Part shown: piece by piece, positions 13,902-26,357 of the stretch
How positions within the stretch are numbered: the first letter of the stretch is position 1
Layout: the number at the start of each line of letters is the position of its first letter
Source: Pocillopora damicornis
Lineage: Eukaryota
Direction: 5' to 3'
Assembly: GCF_003704095.1 (NCBI RefSeq)
Contig: NW_020845280.1
Coordinates: forward strand, 62,001 to 126,000
DNA: 64,000 nucleotides
Position numbers and translations under genes: made by a program
The notes under the pieces: generated by a model
What the model was told of the DNA's origin: nothing
Seen by the model: only the letters and a program-made list of their open reading frames with translations
The model's database searches: none

Positions 13902-14764
13902 TACGATGGCCGGTAAGAACAAAACAGAGNNNNNNNNNNTACAACACAAACACAAACTTAAGTTTGTGTTTGTGTTGTAGAGCTTTGTGTTAGCGTTGCG
14001 GATTTTGTGATTCTGTTTGAAGTTTGTGCTTGTGTTGTAGAGTTTTGTGTTAGCGTTGCGGATTTTGTGATTCTGTTTTCATATCAAACTCATGGGGTAC
14101 AAATAGTCTTAACATGAATATAGCGACCACGCNNNNNNNNNNNNNNNNNNNNNNNNNNNNNNNNNNNNNNNNNNNNNNNNNNNNNNNNNNNNNNNNNNNN
14201 NNNNNNNNNNNNNNNNNNNNNNNNNNNNNNNNCCGAAGGGTCTCCATTCATCGAAGCATGTACTATAGCCAACGTAATGAATTTTCCATCCTTGTTGATT
14301 TTGTCAACCTCCCTGATCTCAATATCATACAGTTTTGTATCTTTCTTTCGTGGATTCGCCTTTCTAACGGGGGTGTATGTTGCGTATTCATTGAAAAATC
14401 GCTTTGCTTTTTTTATTTCCCTCTTTGGCCTGTCCGCCATTTTGAAAATTCGCAACGGAGAACATACGTATTACGTGGGGTTAGTGGTCGCGTACAACTG
14501 GAACCGAGAAAAACAAATGTTCGTCGCGCTGGGGAAAGAGTTTGATATGGTTTGTGTTTGTGTTGTAGAGTTTTGTGTTAGCGTTGCGGATTTTGTGTTT
14601 GTGTTCTAGAGATTTGTGTTAGTGTTGCGGATTTTGTGATTCTGCTTTAAGTTTGTGTTTGTGTTGTAGAGTTTTGTGTCAGTGTTGCGGATTTTGTGAT
14701 TCTGTTTTAAGTTTATGTTTGTGTGGTAGGTTTTGACTCTCTTTTGTTCTTACCGGCCACCGTA
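13902..14764 (-). mobile_element. IS3EU-like non-autonomous DNA transposon with subterminal tandem repeats and a frameshifted Tudor-knot/chromo-barrel ORF
   Basis: TIRs TACGATGGCCGGTAAGAACAAAACAGAG / CTCTTTTGTTCTTACCGGCCACCGTA; near-perfect 6-bp flanks CGAATG/GGAATG; ~60-bp tandem units. Minus-strand ORF LYDIEIREVDKINK continues after a frameshift as KIHYVGYSTCFDEWRP. Confidence 0.65.
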
Positions 14765-15191
14765 GGAATGCCTGCTGATAACTAATGTTTTGTAAAACAT
14801 AAGCTAATATTCCTCGTTTATATCGCTTCTATCAGATCTTTGTATGATTCATTTCCTTCATACTTGACTGGAAACGCTCGATTGCACTCTCAGTTATACA
14901 AACTTTCTAACCTCCCCTGCTTTCCCCATTTCCCTGGAATCCAACCTTGAATAATGAACTAGTTCATTTCCGTACCTGCTTGAGTTCAAACAAACTGTCG
15001 CCCGTGGACTGAATCTACTAAATTCACCAAGTGAGTAAGTAAGCTAATGGCGCTAAAATTATGTGGTCATATTTTCTCATTTGTTACAGAGGGATGTTTC
15101 TTGTGGTGATCGAAATTATTAAGCCGTCTTTTCCTTTTTAGTCTGGATGGCATTAAAATTGATATTTCTTATCTTTTTTTATTTCCCGTAG

Positions 15192-16160
15192 ATTCATCCT
15201 TTACATCTTGCAGAGAAGTCATTTTTTCTATCAGAAAAAAGGAAAAATAGAAAAGGAAATACAGTCTACATGCTCCAAACTGACATTGGTAAAATTCATT
15301 TTTACTGTCACATGAGCAGCTCTAGAATTGGAGGATGTGGAGGCAGGGAGTGGACGCTGGTTATGAAAATTGACAGCCGCAAGGTATGAAACAATAAAAC
15401 CCGACAATGATAAAGTATCACAGAATGCAATAAAATGTCCAAGTGAGATTCACAACATTGATTTATTCTCCGAGCACAATCTGAGGAATTACATAATTTC
15501 CTAATGTTAATTCCGCAAGTAACTCAAAGTTTAAAAACACACTTTCTTGGCTATTTATCTGATCACATCGTCTTCGGTCTCGCTGGGTTCTCGTTTCTGT
15601 TATCATCTCGATTTATACCAAGTATCTTATTGGAAATACAGTCAGTTGCATTGCTGATAATTAAACTCATTTTATCTCTTGAATTCAAACGAGTAAGGGT
15701 GTCCTTTAGAATTAAAATATACTCTTTCTTCTTTACTCCGATATTTTTTCTACTTTCATTTCTAGCGGGCCTTTCACTATGATTCCAGCTCCTGGACCAA
15801 CATGGCCGACTTCAATCGTCCTTGAGGGAAAACTGGGTTTGACCATCGTGAAACCAAACTACCGACCTACTGGAACACACCCTTCTCCAAGATCTGTCTG
15901 GGGATGAAGATCGGCCAGCAGATCGACCTCATTGTCATCAACAGACCGACCAAACTCCTTGTACTCGTTGATTGCTGATGGACACTACCGCTCACCATCG
16001 CAGGGTCAAAACACGTGGAAGTCGCTGATTGGTTCCCACGCTTCACTGCGAACCAACTGTAACAAGGGGTGTTTAACGTTATGCTGGCAACCGTGGTGGT
16101 TGCCAGCATAACGAGGATTGGTTGGCAACATCAAGAACGAGTGTGTGATCTGTGACTCCA
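15192..16160 (+). pseudogene. Inverted pseudogene copy of the 22454-24368 fibrinogen-like/USOMP5-type gene
   Basis: Clear nucleotide similarity to exons 2-4 of the 22.4-24.4 kb gene (SFTSCREV; [17 protein letters not shown]; [22 protein letters not shown]) with a TGA, frameshifts and a truncated end. Flanking homology continues to ~16.7 kb versus ~21.7 kb. Confidence 0.85.
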
Positions 16161-17000
16161 AACAAAGCGAAACAAGAAAAAGAAGTCAACCACTTCGGCT
16201 AAATGCGATTAATTCAGAATTCAAGTTTTTTTTTATGCAGTAAGGAAATGACAGTAAAAGCTATCACTATTAAGTAAAATGGAAAATCTCGTTTTATGTA
16301 TGTCAGTCTCCTTAGCAGCCGTTCTGGGGGAAAGTCACTCAATGCTCACCTAATAAGCGTTGCGTTACTTTCCTCAGGACTTGATATGAACGCGTGTGTG
16401 TAGCGGCTGAGTTTTTAAAGAAAAACGAGCAGATTCAAACTGTTAATCACATCAATAAGCCCATTTAATACGTATAAAAGAGATTTCCATTTCATTCGCT
16501 ATCCCAATTATCCAGTCTCTTCGGGGTGACACATGTAGCACAAACATTTCCAAGAGAACGAAGCATGGTAAAGAGATTATATCACCCGTTTGTCTGACAT
16601 TTTTATCAACTTCATGACTTCACTATCCGGTAATCTTTGCGCTTTGAGTGGGCAGAGTCGCCCAACATAAGCCATTAGGCCTTAACTGGATTGGCAATAA
16701 GTCAGGAGACTCATTTGTCTTCATTTTACCCAAGAATATACACTTCAACTGTTGTTACACCCAGATGAATGCTTTCTCTACAGTCGGTCAGGCACTATGT
16801 AATTAATAAAAGACTCAAAACAACAAACTTTGTCAGTTCATATACCTAGAGAAAGTTCGAGGGACCCCTTGATTTATCAAGATTTACTGCGCTAAGATTA
16901 NNNNNNNNNNNNNNNNNNNNNNNNNNNNNNNNNNNNNNNNNNNNNNNNNNNNNNNNNNNNNNNNNNNNNNNNNNNNNNNNNNNNNNNNNNNNNNNNNNNN

Positions 17001-17995
17001 TGTCTGTTCAGTAATAGATCGTGGATGACGTCCAAATATGAGTAGAACAAAAGAGTGACACACGAAGCGCAGCCAAATGTGTCACGACGGATTCCTGCTG
17101 AGTTTTCTGGAATATGCTTCAAATGTTGTGTGACACCAGCTCTTCATTGTTACGAACAACACCAAGACTCATTGTCGACATTTGAAACAATTTTTCTCTT
17201 GGCTGTTTTTTCTTTTTGATTGTCGTTGTTTTGTTACTTTCTCTTTTCCATATCGTGATACATGCGAGAGAAGGTTTCAAATAAAAACATGGTTTGATGT
17301 AACAAAATAATAAACTTCAGACATGACATAAATGGGAACCAAAACAAATTCTATGAATAGTTTAATCATATTTTCATTTTGATTGGTTCTTTCTTATGTT
17401 CTATTAACAACTTTTTCCTTGTCTATTATAAAAAGCAAAATAGATCCATGTTGCCTGGGGCTCGTACAGTAATGGATCACAGAAAACATCTGGCATCTCA
17501 TGTATCACTTTTTCGTTTTTACCACATTTTGAAGTTAATCGTGATTTATCACCATAAAGACCCATGGCAACAAGGAATCTATTTCGAACCAAATCAAATT
17601 CACCATGAGTAAAATTTTCCTTGTTCATCAAATAAAACAATTAGATTACATGTTGTTAGATCACGGAAAATGTGTCTTTTTTCTTCTCGCCACATTTTGG
17701 TGTCTTCCACGATCTATTACAGTGCAAACACATGGCAACCCCGAATCTATTTGTTCATATGATAAAAAAAGAAAATATTGTTACTAATGATAAATCGGAA
17801 TAGATTCCATGTTTCCATGGGTCTGCACAGTTATAGATCACGGATAAAAAAGTTGCTTATTCCAGAACGCTCAACAGCTATCAGTGACACACTCCACTGA
17901 GCACTGAGTGTGACTTTTTTGTTCTTACGACACTATGAAGTCACCTGTGATCTCTTACTGAACAGATGCATGACAACAAGGATTCTGTTTGTTAG
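17001..17995. repeat. Degenerate repeat array (AGATTCCATGTTGCC...CAGTAATAGATCAC units, both orientations)
   Basis: Several copies of the unit at 17001-17040, 17440-17480, 17545-17585, 17705-17760, 17800-17845 and 17945-17995; the same family is at ~43720-43885. Confidence 0.6.
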
Positions 17996-18017
17996 ATATT
18001 CACTAAGCGAGAATAGA

Positions 18018-18242
18018 CTTAACATAGTTTCATCAAGTCAAAGCAAAATGCTTAACTTATCTGTGATGAGTTATACCATTTCATGAGTTAACCTCGAGCC
18101 CGCGTCAAGTTCGAGTCCCAAGTCAAGTTCGAGTCAACTTATATTTTTCCTCTCTCTGTAAATAACATCGTAAGGCAATACACTATTATGGTAGCCGCCA
18201 CATGTAACATGGCAGTCGAGTACGAGAATTCAGCTTTTACTC
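18018..18242 (+). repeat. ~220-bp direct repeat, copy 1
   Basis: tagtttcatcaagtcaaagcaaaa...attatggtagccgcca.atgtaacatggc...ttttactc is nearly identical to 20941-21153. Confidence 0.85.
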
Positions 18243-19829
18243 TGGCTCTAGACCAAGGATCCAAAACCGAAGAGATTAATCTTAAAAAAGAAAAATCTAG
18301 AATTGTTTCCACTAGAATAGAAGAAAACATACTCTAACGCTTTGCTTGGATGACTGAAAGAAAAACGATGTTGATACGGCAATACCTTTTTTTATTAGGG
18401 AAACGTCTGCCTCAAACAGCAAGACAAACACCCGTGTCTACTTTTCTCGAAAATAAAAGAAACAAGATTGATGGAATCTTCGATTTGTAGAAATTACCAC
18501 AATAAAGTACAAGACGAAGACCATCGTAAATCGCTTTGGTCGAAGATGCAACATTTAAGTGTATGGTTGATGAAGAGAGCTTTCAAAGGGATAAGAGAAT
18601 TTTGAATTTATACTCTGCTCTCAATACATTAGCATGTTCATGCCACGCTTTAAGTTATAATATAAAAAAGACATGTTTTGTTGTTAACTGCCTTGCTTTC
18701 TGTTTGGACTGTTTCTTGGGTCCTGTTGGAGTGAATTAGCTCGAGCACCGCGCACAAAAGGGAGGCACCTGGAGTCTGTTCAGGAACTTTATTTCATTCT
18801 CTGAGTCTCTGTCTCTCTTCAGCCATAAGAAGCCGCTCTTAAATATCCTATCGGTAGGCATGATTGAGCTCACGGGAGAGGGAATATATCTTTAGAACGC
18901 CGACCCAAACAATGTCGCAAGACATTCGAAATGAACAACAAGGTACTTGAAAAACAACCGATCTTCGAGAACAAAACCCTAAACAAACTTGCCGATGAGG
19001 ACTCTAAGCAAGGACTAGGAAAAACCCAAACACGTCTAGTGATGACGATTATCGCACGATAATTAAGCCCTATTACAACGGTAAAGGACACATTACGCAA
19101 AAGGTAAAAATAAACGTGCGGTCTTGCAGCACATGATAAACCAGGGCTAATGAGACTCGCACAAGGATTTCCAGATAATCTAACTGGCCTAAACAACTCC
19201 CAAATACTTAGTCAGAACATTCCTAATTTTAATGTCTACGTTATGTTAATATTAACTGTCAAAAAGTTTGATATTTTGAGTCATGTCATTAAATTTCCAC
19301 ATAATTGCCAGCCAAGGGTCTTTGTATGCATTTTAGGAGCAGTCTTGGTCAGTTTCCAAATTGCCACATAATTAGTCTTAACGTCGGCGACGGGACAGAA
19401 ATACGGTATAAACGTGGGTTTAATGCAATGTTTTCCACATATCAAGTAACAGAAGATTTCGAGAAAAAGACAAGAGCCTATTTTCTGTTCTGGAGGCGAC
19501 TTCTGAAATTCAGTTTTCCTTATTTATAGCGTGTCATGTCATGTCATTTCAGTGTTTTGACGTGTCTTTGAAAACGCCATCATATAAATATCGCACAGTT
19601 TAACTTACCAAGATAATTATGCCGTAACACACGCTGTCATCTGTCCAGTAGACACATTTTTTGTATTTCGTTGTCTTTTCAGAAAACAGGGAAAGTATCA
19701 GATGAAACGAGGCGTCGAGTTCACATCATGTGTTGTGTTACGAAAATTATTATCTTGGCAAACGCGTACACGTTATATTTCCAAATTAACTGAATTCGTG
19801 AGTCGTTTGATGATACACCTTATTGATCT

Positions 19830-20190
19830 GGCCCCGGTTGTTCAAAAAATGGGTAACTTCTTATCTACTGGATAAATCGCTATCCAGCGGATAAATTGTA
19901 CCCCTGGTGTCATATCGGCTGTTCAGAGTGTGGATAGCGCTATGCACTCGTTATCCATGATTTGTTAGGTAGTAAGAATTTTAAACGCCGGATAAAAAAA
20001 AAACATCAACAACAAAATGGCCGCTCGACAGTTACATCTTCTTCGGTGTAACTTGCCTGACAATCAACGTCGTAGAAAGAGAAGAATTTTTCGCCACCAG
20101 CTCGATCCCTTAGAGTCTTACACTGACTCTGAATTGAGATCCAGGTATCGTTTTGGACGAGAAGCATTACAATACACCGTATCACATCGA
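19830..20190 (+). mobile_element. 5' remnant of a PIF/Harbinger transposon with truncated HARBI1-like transposase
   Basis: TIR GGCCCCGGTTGTTCAAAA followed by an ORF at 20017, RRRKRRIFRHQLDPLESYTDSELRSRYRFGRE, typical of the N-terminus of Harbinger nucleases. Similarity stops at an A-tract near 20190. Confidence 0.7.
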
Positions 20191-20517
20191 AAAAAAAAAA
20201 GCTGCGAAAATTCCCTATTGTCATTTCAAGGATGTCGGATTTGTAGTATAAAACGGAATGCGCTAAATGCCTAAAGAAAATTGACTGACTGTTGAGCGAT
20301 GACCATTGGTGACCTATTTGTCTAAATTTGTGGTGACAGCGCCCTACAGAACAATAAAACAAGCTTCAACGTTCATGCAAATGCTTTAATGTAAACTTAG
20401 TATACCCTTCCAGCATACAATTCATTTTTATTTTATTGAATAGCGGCCCATCAACAAATTTGTCGTTTAGTATGCGTTGCATGTTAGTTTTCCTACGTTA
20501 GCAGTCTACAACGAGAT

Positions 20518-20938
20518 TTTTTGCGCATCAGGTCACAGGACAAGTAGGATGTCGCTGCACAGGTTCTGTTATTCAAGTAACCGTTTGCTCTGAATGGCAT
20601 AAAGGAAGTATGCCCAGTCCACACGAGGCTTCAGGGTTCCCGGGACTTCCCATTCGGTTCATTTAGAGCCCAGGCCTTGAAGACTGGAACTGAGTAATCA
20701 CTCTAAAAGAAGTCGTTTGCGGTCCACATCAGGCCGATCCACATTTACTTCCTTGTTGGTGCTCTCTCTCTCTCACAGGGGCCAGAACAAACTCGTTTTC
20801 CCGCGCACTGGTAATCTTTACCAGGCCTTCTCCCATTCTTTTGCAATGCATTTGGGCATGGTGCCAAGTCATGTATACGTTGCACGAGAAAAAATTTTTA
20901 GTCGGGATTGTGGGATTGAAGAACCCTATTGGAGACCC
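20518..20938 (-). pseudogene. C-type lectin domain pseudogene
   Basis: One frame reads MTWHHAQMHCKRMGEGLVKITSARENEFV...K*MWIGLMWTANDFF*SDYSVPVFKAWALNEPNGKSREP*...NGYLNNRTC. WIGL and EPN motifs are present, with stops at positions expected to be W and C. Confidence 0.85.
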
Positions 20939-20940
20939 TC

Positions 20941-21153
20941 TTAATATAGTTTCATCAAGTCAAAGCAAAAACTTAAACTTATCTGTGATGAGTTATATCA
21001 TTTCACCGGTCAAGTTCGAGCCTGAGTCAAGTTCGAGTCAACTTTACATTTTTACCCTCTTTGTAAAATTATATCGTAAGGCAATACACTGTACATTATG
21101 GTAGCCGCCATATGTAACATGGCGGTTGAGTACAATAAATCAGTGTTTTACTC
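20941..21153 (+). repeat. ~220-bp direct repeat, copy 2
   Basis: Matches 18018-18242. Confidence 0.85.
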
Positions 21154-22453
21154 CGTGACTCGACGGTTTGTCGTTAAATAATGACTCCTGCCTCAGGTGT
21201 GTGTAATCAAAAAGGAGACGGAATCTTTGAAGGAAACTCAAAGGTACCTTGGAATGTTTACTCCTATGAATGCAGCTGTGAATCAGTGCAGAGTTAGCCC
21301 TGACAAACTTTCAAATGATTGTAATCTTGTAATAGAGCTTTTGTATTAGGAAAACATAAATGTCCACCATTTGGCAAGCTGTTAGGGAAGACTCAATAGT
21401 TTTATTTAATGAGGTGTATAAACCGAAAAGCTTGTTGTTTTGAATCTTGTAGTTGTTTCCTAGTTCCTTGCCTACTGTAGAGAACTCAAGTTCGGACTGA
21501 TCACCTTCTTGTTACAAATAAAGGCTTTGTTCATACTAGCTACAGTATTCTTCCTTTTCGATGAGTTTTTTCTGCAAAGTGGGTCCAGATAACCAATCTA
21601 AAGCGATTGTATTAAATTTCTGCTGACATCTGTGCCTCGGTGATAAAAATAACAATTATTTGACAATGGCAAATGACTGAGTCTTTTGACTAATTGCTAA
21701 TCCAATTATGGCCCAGCGGCTTATGTTGGACAGCCCGTTAATTTAAAAGCTTTATGACCCAAAAGAGGGCGGAGAGGCTAGATTGTAAGCGACGCCTAAA
21801 GTGACATCAAATACCTATAAAAAGTGTCACGCAAATTGCATGGATGATTTGTTGTCCGTACCAAGCTTCGCTCTCTTCGAAATGTTCGCACGTTAAATGT
21901 ATCGTCCCAAGAAAATGGAATGATTGGGATATTGAATAAAGCCGTGGAAATATCAATGACTTTTTTATAGATTAAATAGAGAATAATACATGGGTGCACG
22001 TAGATATGGAATTTCTCTTGGAGTGTTTGACTCGATATCTCACGAGTGAGTGCTACTGACAAGAAAAGTCGTCTTAATTGGTGCGAAAGGCGAATGATGT
22101 GTTACCAGCTGATTTGCTATGTAAAACACACTTAAAGCATCATCGTAATTTTACGTATGTGCAGTCACGGCTTTATTCGGGGTTGTAAATTCATGTAAAG
22201 CACCGCAGTTTATATGGTAAATGGGATTTATTCATGTGATTAACGGTTGAAATCTGCTCGTCCACCAGCCGTTCTATGGAAGGTAACATAACGCTTCTTG
22301 GATAATCGTTTCGTGACTTCCTCAGAACAGCTGCAAGATTTGCCATTTTACTTGATATTTGTAGCTTTTACTGTCATTTCCTTACTGGATAAAAAAGTTA
22401 TCGAATACTTTATGAATCACATTTAGAGAAGTGGCTAACTTCCTTTTCTTGTT

Positions 22454-24368
22454 TCACTGGACCAGGATGTAACCCATGGCTTTGATGTGCTTGTCACCAT
22501 TATCCGCGTTGTGAGTAGCCTGGTTACCACACGTATTGGAGTTATCGCGATATCCTCCTGTTCCAAACCCAATCCTCGAGTCACAGGACCCACAGTTCTT
22601 CTCGTTGTTGCCAAGGATACCAATCCTCGCTTTAGAAGAACCACGGTTACCAGGAAAAACGTTAAACCCTTGCTTGTTACAGTTGGTTTGCAGTGAAGCT
22701 CGGAAACCAATCAGCGACTTCCACGTGTTTCGATCCAGTGAGGTTGAGCGGTAGTGTCCATCAGCAATCAGCGAGTACAAGGAGTTGGCTGGTCTGTTGA
22801 TGACAATGAAGTTGATCTGATGGCCGATCTTCATACCCAGACAGATCTTGGAAAAGGGTGTGCTCCAGTAGGTCGGTAGTTTGGTTTCACGATGGTCAAA
22901 CCCAGTTTTCCCTCCAGGACGATTGAAGTCGGCCATGTTGGTCCAATAACTGGAATCGTAATGGAAGGTTTGCTAGTAATGAAAAAAGTGAGAAACCCTT
23001 TATTTTGGCGATCAAAAGTACGCCATTATTAGACTTATCTGGTACAGTCCACCTGTTACCACCGGACTGACGAGGGACCAAGGGGTCTGACCGTTTTTCG
23101 TTTAGGAGCATGTGATAGATATAATATCAAGAGAAAACAAACGCTTCTTTGAAATGGTCTTGGAAAAATTGAGAGCAAAGTACCAAATCTTTCAGTCATA
23201 TTGTGACCTATTTTAGGTTTAAAACCTGGAGAAGAAAAATTTCCTATAAATGCAAACTACAACGTTATATTGCATTATTGTGTCGCACCTTATGGCCGTC
23301 GATTTTCATGACCAGCGTCCACCCCCCACCTCCGCATCCTCCAATTCCATGGCTGGTCATGTGACAGTAAACAGGAATTTTACCAGTGTTAGTCTGAAGC
23401 CAGTAGGCTGTGTTTCCTCGAGATCTGTCATTAAAGCATAAAAAGAAATGTTGCCTCTTACAGATGAGCTTACGAAGACTTGAATTATTTCGGCTGAGAC
23501 AAAACAGTGCCTGTGTCCCATGCTAAGGCATAGCTTCGTTCGTTTCTTATTTATAGTTGTTCAAATGCTGTTATCTAAATAATTGGATAGTTTTATCTTT
23601 GTGAACGTTCTCAGATACCCGTCGCTAAAGAATTACGCATGGTTATGAGCTTGCGTAACAAAGCGAGAGGAAGAAATGTACCAAATTGAGACAAAGAATT
23701 ATGGACACGGGATGCTTAATAAACTTTTCCCTGTCTCCCTCCCAAAGAAAATCCTTTTTGCAATCTAGTTTACAGTGAAAGTATTTTCGTTGTCATTTCC
23801 TTTGTTGACCCAACCATGAGAATCATTCCGACACCAAAACGTCTGTTATTTTTATATAAATCTTAACTTGCTGCTGTCCTTAAGGCCTTTACTCTCTATT
23901 TCACATTTGCTTGAGTTTTTCTTATTTATTTCTTCCAAATTGGAAAATGAATTATACGTCGGAAAGTAGAATAATACTCAATTTGTATGTTTATAATTAC
24001 CTTCCGTTTTTGAGGTGAATCTCTTTGCAAGATGTAAAAGGTGAAGCTTTGAGAAATAAAGTAACATCAAAATTAATGCCATCCAAAACAGAAAAAAAAA
24101 AGAGAGAAATACTTTTCTTTAGTAAACGCCGGCAAAGGAACCTTTAAATGAGAAGCGGGTATAATCAGCATCATTAATTATTGACGTTCCTCATACCTGG
24201 AGGATTCAAGAGATTCAGTCCACGAGCTATCACTTCTATATCGCGTTCAAGTTTTCCGAACCTTTTGTCCATTACTGCCTTAAGCGTTTGAATGGCTTTA
24301 GTGCAGTTGTCCCGGCGTTCGTACGCTGCAGTAACTGTGAAAAAAAGAATGAAGATCTTTGCAAACAT
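22454..24368 (-). CDS. Secreted protein with fibrinogen/intelectin-like N-terminal motif and coral USOMP5-type C-terminal domain (4 exons)
   Basis: Exons 24368-24197 (signal peptide [15 protein letters not shown] plus coiled coil), 24046-24001, 23424-23289 and 22972-22454 join in frame with GT-AG sites. Motifs SCKEI, VYCHM...[70 protein letters not shown]. Confidence 0.85.
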
Positions 24369-24624
24369 GAGTACCAGAAAAAACGGAGTATTGATGAGCG
24401 AATTCATCTCAGCTCGCTGTCACAGCCCTGAGCTACAATACGAACTTTGCAGAATGAGATCACCTCCTGTTTGTCAAGCTTTTAACTCGTGTCAAGACTT
24501 CCTTGCTCGTATGGGATACATATGTCACGCCGAGGAAACTTAAAACCTTTCTTAATGGTTTTAATGAATTAAAAGGCCTCTCCGTGGGTCTTATGCGAGC
24601 TGTTTCTCGTCAAGAGTTTATTCA

Positions 24625-24985
24625 TGTGCAACCCTTGAAATCTCCTACTTGGCCAATTCTTTCAGCAAAGTCCGCTTTGATCTTATAGTAGCCTTAGGGG
24701 AATCATCTACCTGATAAAATCAAGAAAAAACGAGAGGGTCAATGCCCTGATCATGAGCAGATTTTTAAATAATTTTATGTGTGCTTTTTCCCATCTCAGT
24801 CTTTGATACCACGTATGTCAAATAAAAACAAAAACCAAACCAAACAAAACAAAGCAAAACTCCCTAAAAAAACAAAAACGGGAAATATATGGCATTTCAC
24901 GAGGTTCAGCAATCCGCTGCAATCTCCTAATCAAATAATGCTATGAGCAAAGTTCACTCTGTTCTGATGATAGCCTAGGGAAGGG
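24625..24985 (-). promoter_or_regulatory. Two copies of an upstream module shared with the 28655 gene
   Basis: Reverse complements of 24625-24746 and 24893-24985 align with 27848-27985 and 28290-28435; see findings. Confidence 0.55.
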
Positions 24986-25196
24986 GGAAAGGGGAAAAAA
25001 TGTAAAATAGACCTAACATTAAAAAACATATTTTTTCTTACGAAAGGGAGATTTCGTCACTACCTTTTAGTGGTTTGAAATAATTCCAAGTGAGCTGTTC
25101 AGTTCCCTTTTCCGCGATACTACTCACTCTAGAAAAACAGGAAGTATACTGCATTTCACGAGATTCAGCAATGTATAAAAGTCATGTGTGCTCAAA

Positions 25197-25733
25197 GGGC
25201 TGATTTATACGGTACAACTTTGTCACATGCGACAAGCTTGCGACCGGCCTACATGACGTGCGCAATATTTTCACCGACGACGTGCCAAAGTCGCGAACAA
25301 TTCCCCTCCCTCTTAAAGTATTCATTGTCTCGGATATTGAACAGGACATTTTTTTCGCCACTTCACAGCGAAACTAAGTTCTCTGTGTCATCTTCCTAAA
25401 GTGTTAAATGCACTTTTGTTGCATTCAACGACTAACCAACGACGGCAACTTTGTCCCCCATTTTGATGCAAGAAACACAAAATGTTAACTATTACAGAAA
25501 CCTTCTCAAATCAACTCAACTCTACTTAACTCAATGGAAATTTGTCACAAAATGCGTCATTTTTATGGATTTCGGCTGCGATTGTCGCAGCGTTTTAAAA
25601 CATGATTTTTAAACCTACGAAATTTTTTGAGATACATGCGACAGTCGTAAGCGAGTTGCAAGTTTGATTTACACGAAAAAAATTCGTTGTAGGCCTATCG
25701 CAAGCGACAAAGTCGTACCGTATAAGCCGGCGT
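25197..25733. mobile_element. MITE, Harbinger-like
   Basis: Inverted ends GGGCTGATTTATACGGTACAACTTTGTC / GACAAAGTCGTACCGTATAAGCCGGCG. Confidence 0.6.
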
Positions 25734-26139
25734 TAAGACATTTCTTCGAGCAAAGTCTGGTTAGATCTCATGGCAGCCAATGATCCAATAAAATCAAGAA
25801 AGAAGGCGGGAACAAACAGAACAGATAGTTCGTTAGTTGATGTGTATTCACAAAACGTAGTGATTTATGGTAAAATAGTTTCTTTTTTTTTAGCGACACC
25901 TTGGCAAGGATTATGCAGTTTTTTCAAAATAGTGTGCATTCGGTAGTGATAGAGCTTTTTGTTCGAAAAACGTAAATGTCCACCATTCGACAACCTGTCG
26001 GGGAAGACACCTCTATGATGAGCTTTTTGAGTCACTCACACAATAAGTCTTAAGTATTTTCTGATAACTGCCGAACATAAACTTCATCAGATCAGTCAGT
26101 GAAAAAAAACACCGAATATGCGTTACAATGCCCAACTTT

Positions 26140-26335
26140 ATTTGACTATGCAGCATTGTTACAGTCTACTGGTTGACTTAGCCTCAGGGAAGAGTTTCAT
26201 CTCCTCTTTACTATGCAGCATTATTACAATCTACTGGTTGACTCAGGTTCAGAGAAGAGTTTCATCTCCTCTTTACTATGCAGCACTGTTACAATCTACT
26301 GGTTTACTCAAGCTCAGAGAAGAGTTTCCTCTCAT
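26140..26335. repeat. About three tandem copies of a ~63-bp unit downstream of the inverted gene copy
   Basis: actatgcagca...tacaatctactggtt.actc...agagaagagttc units; one copy lies in reverse orientation at ~31040-31100. Confidence 0.75.
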
Positions 26336-26357
26336 CTCGCGCGCTGAGCAGGGCGTG

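Noticed and set aside
13950-14730. CRISPR-like appearance of regularly spaced repeats
   Set aside because: Units are head-to-tail without unique spacers, lie inside TIRs, and the DNA is eukaryotic with no cas genes.
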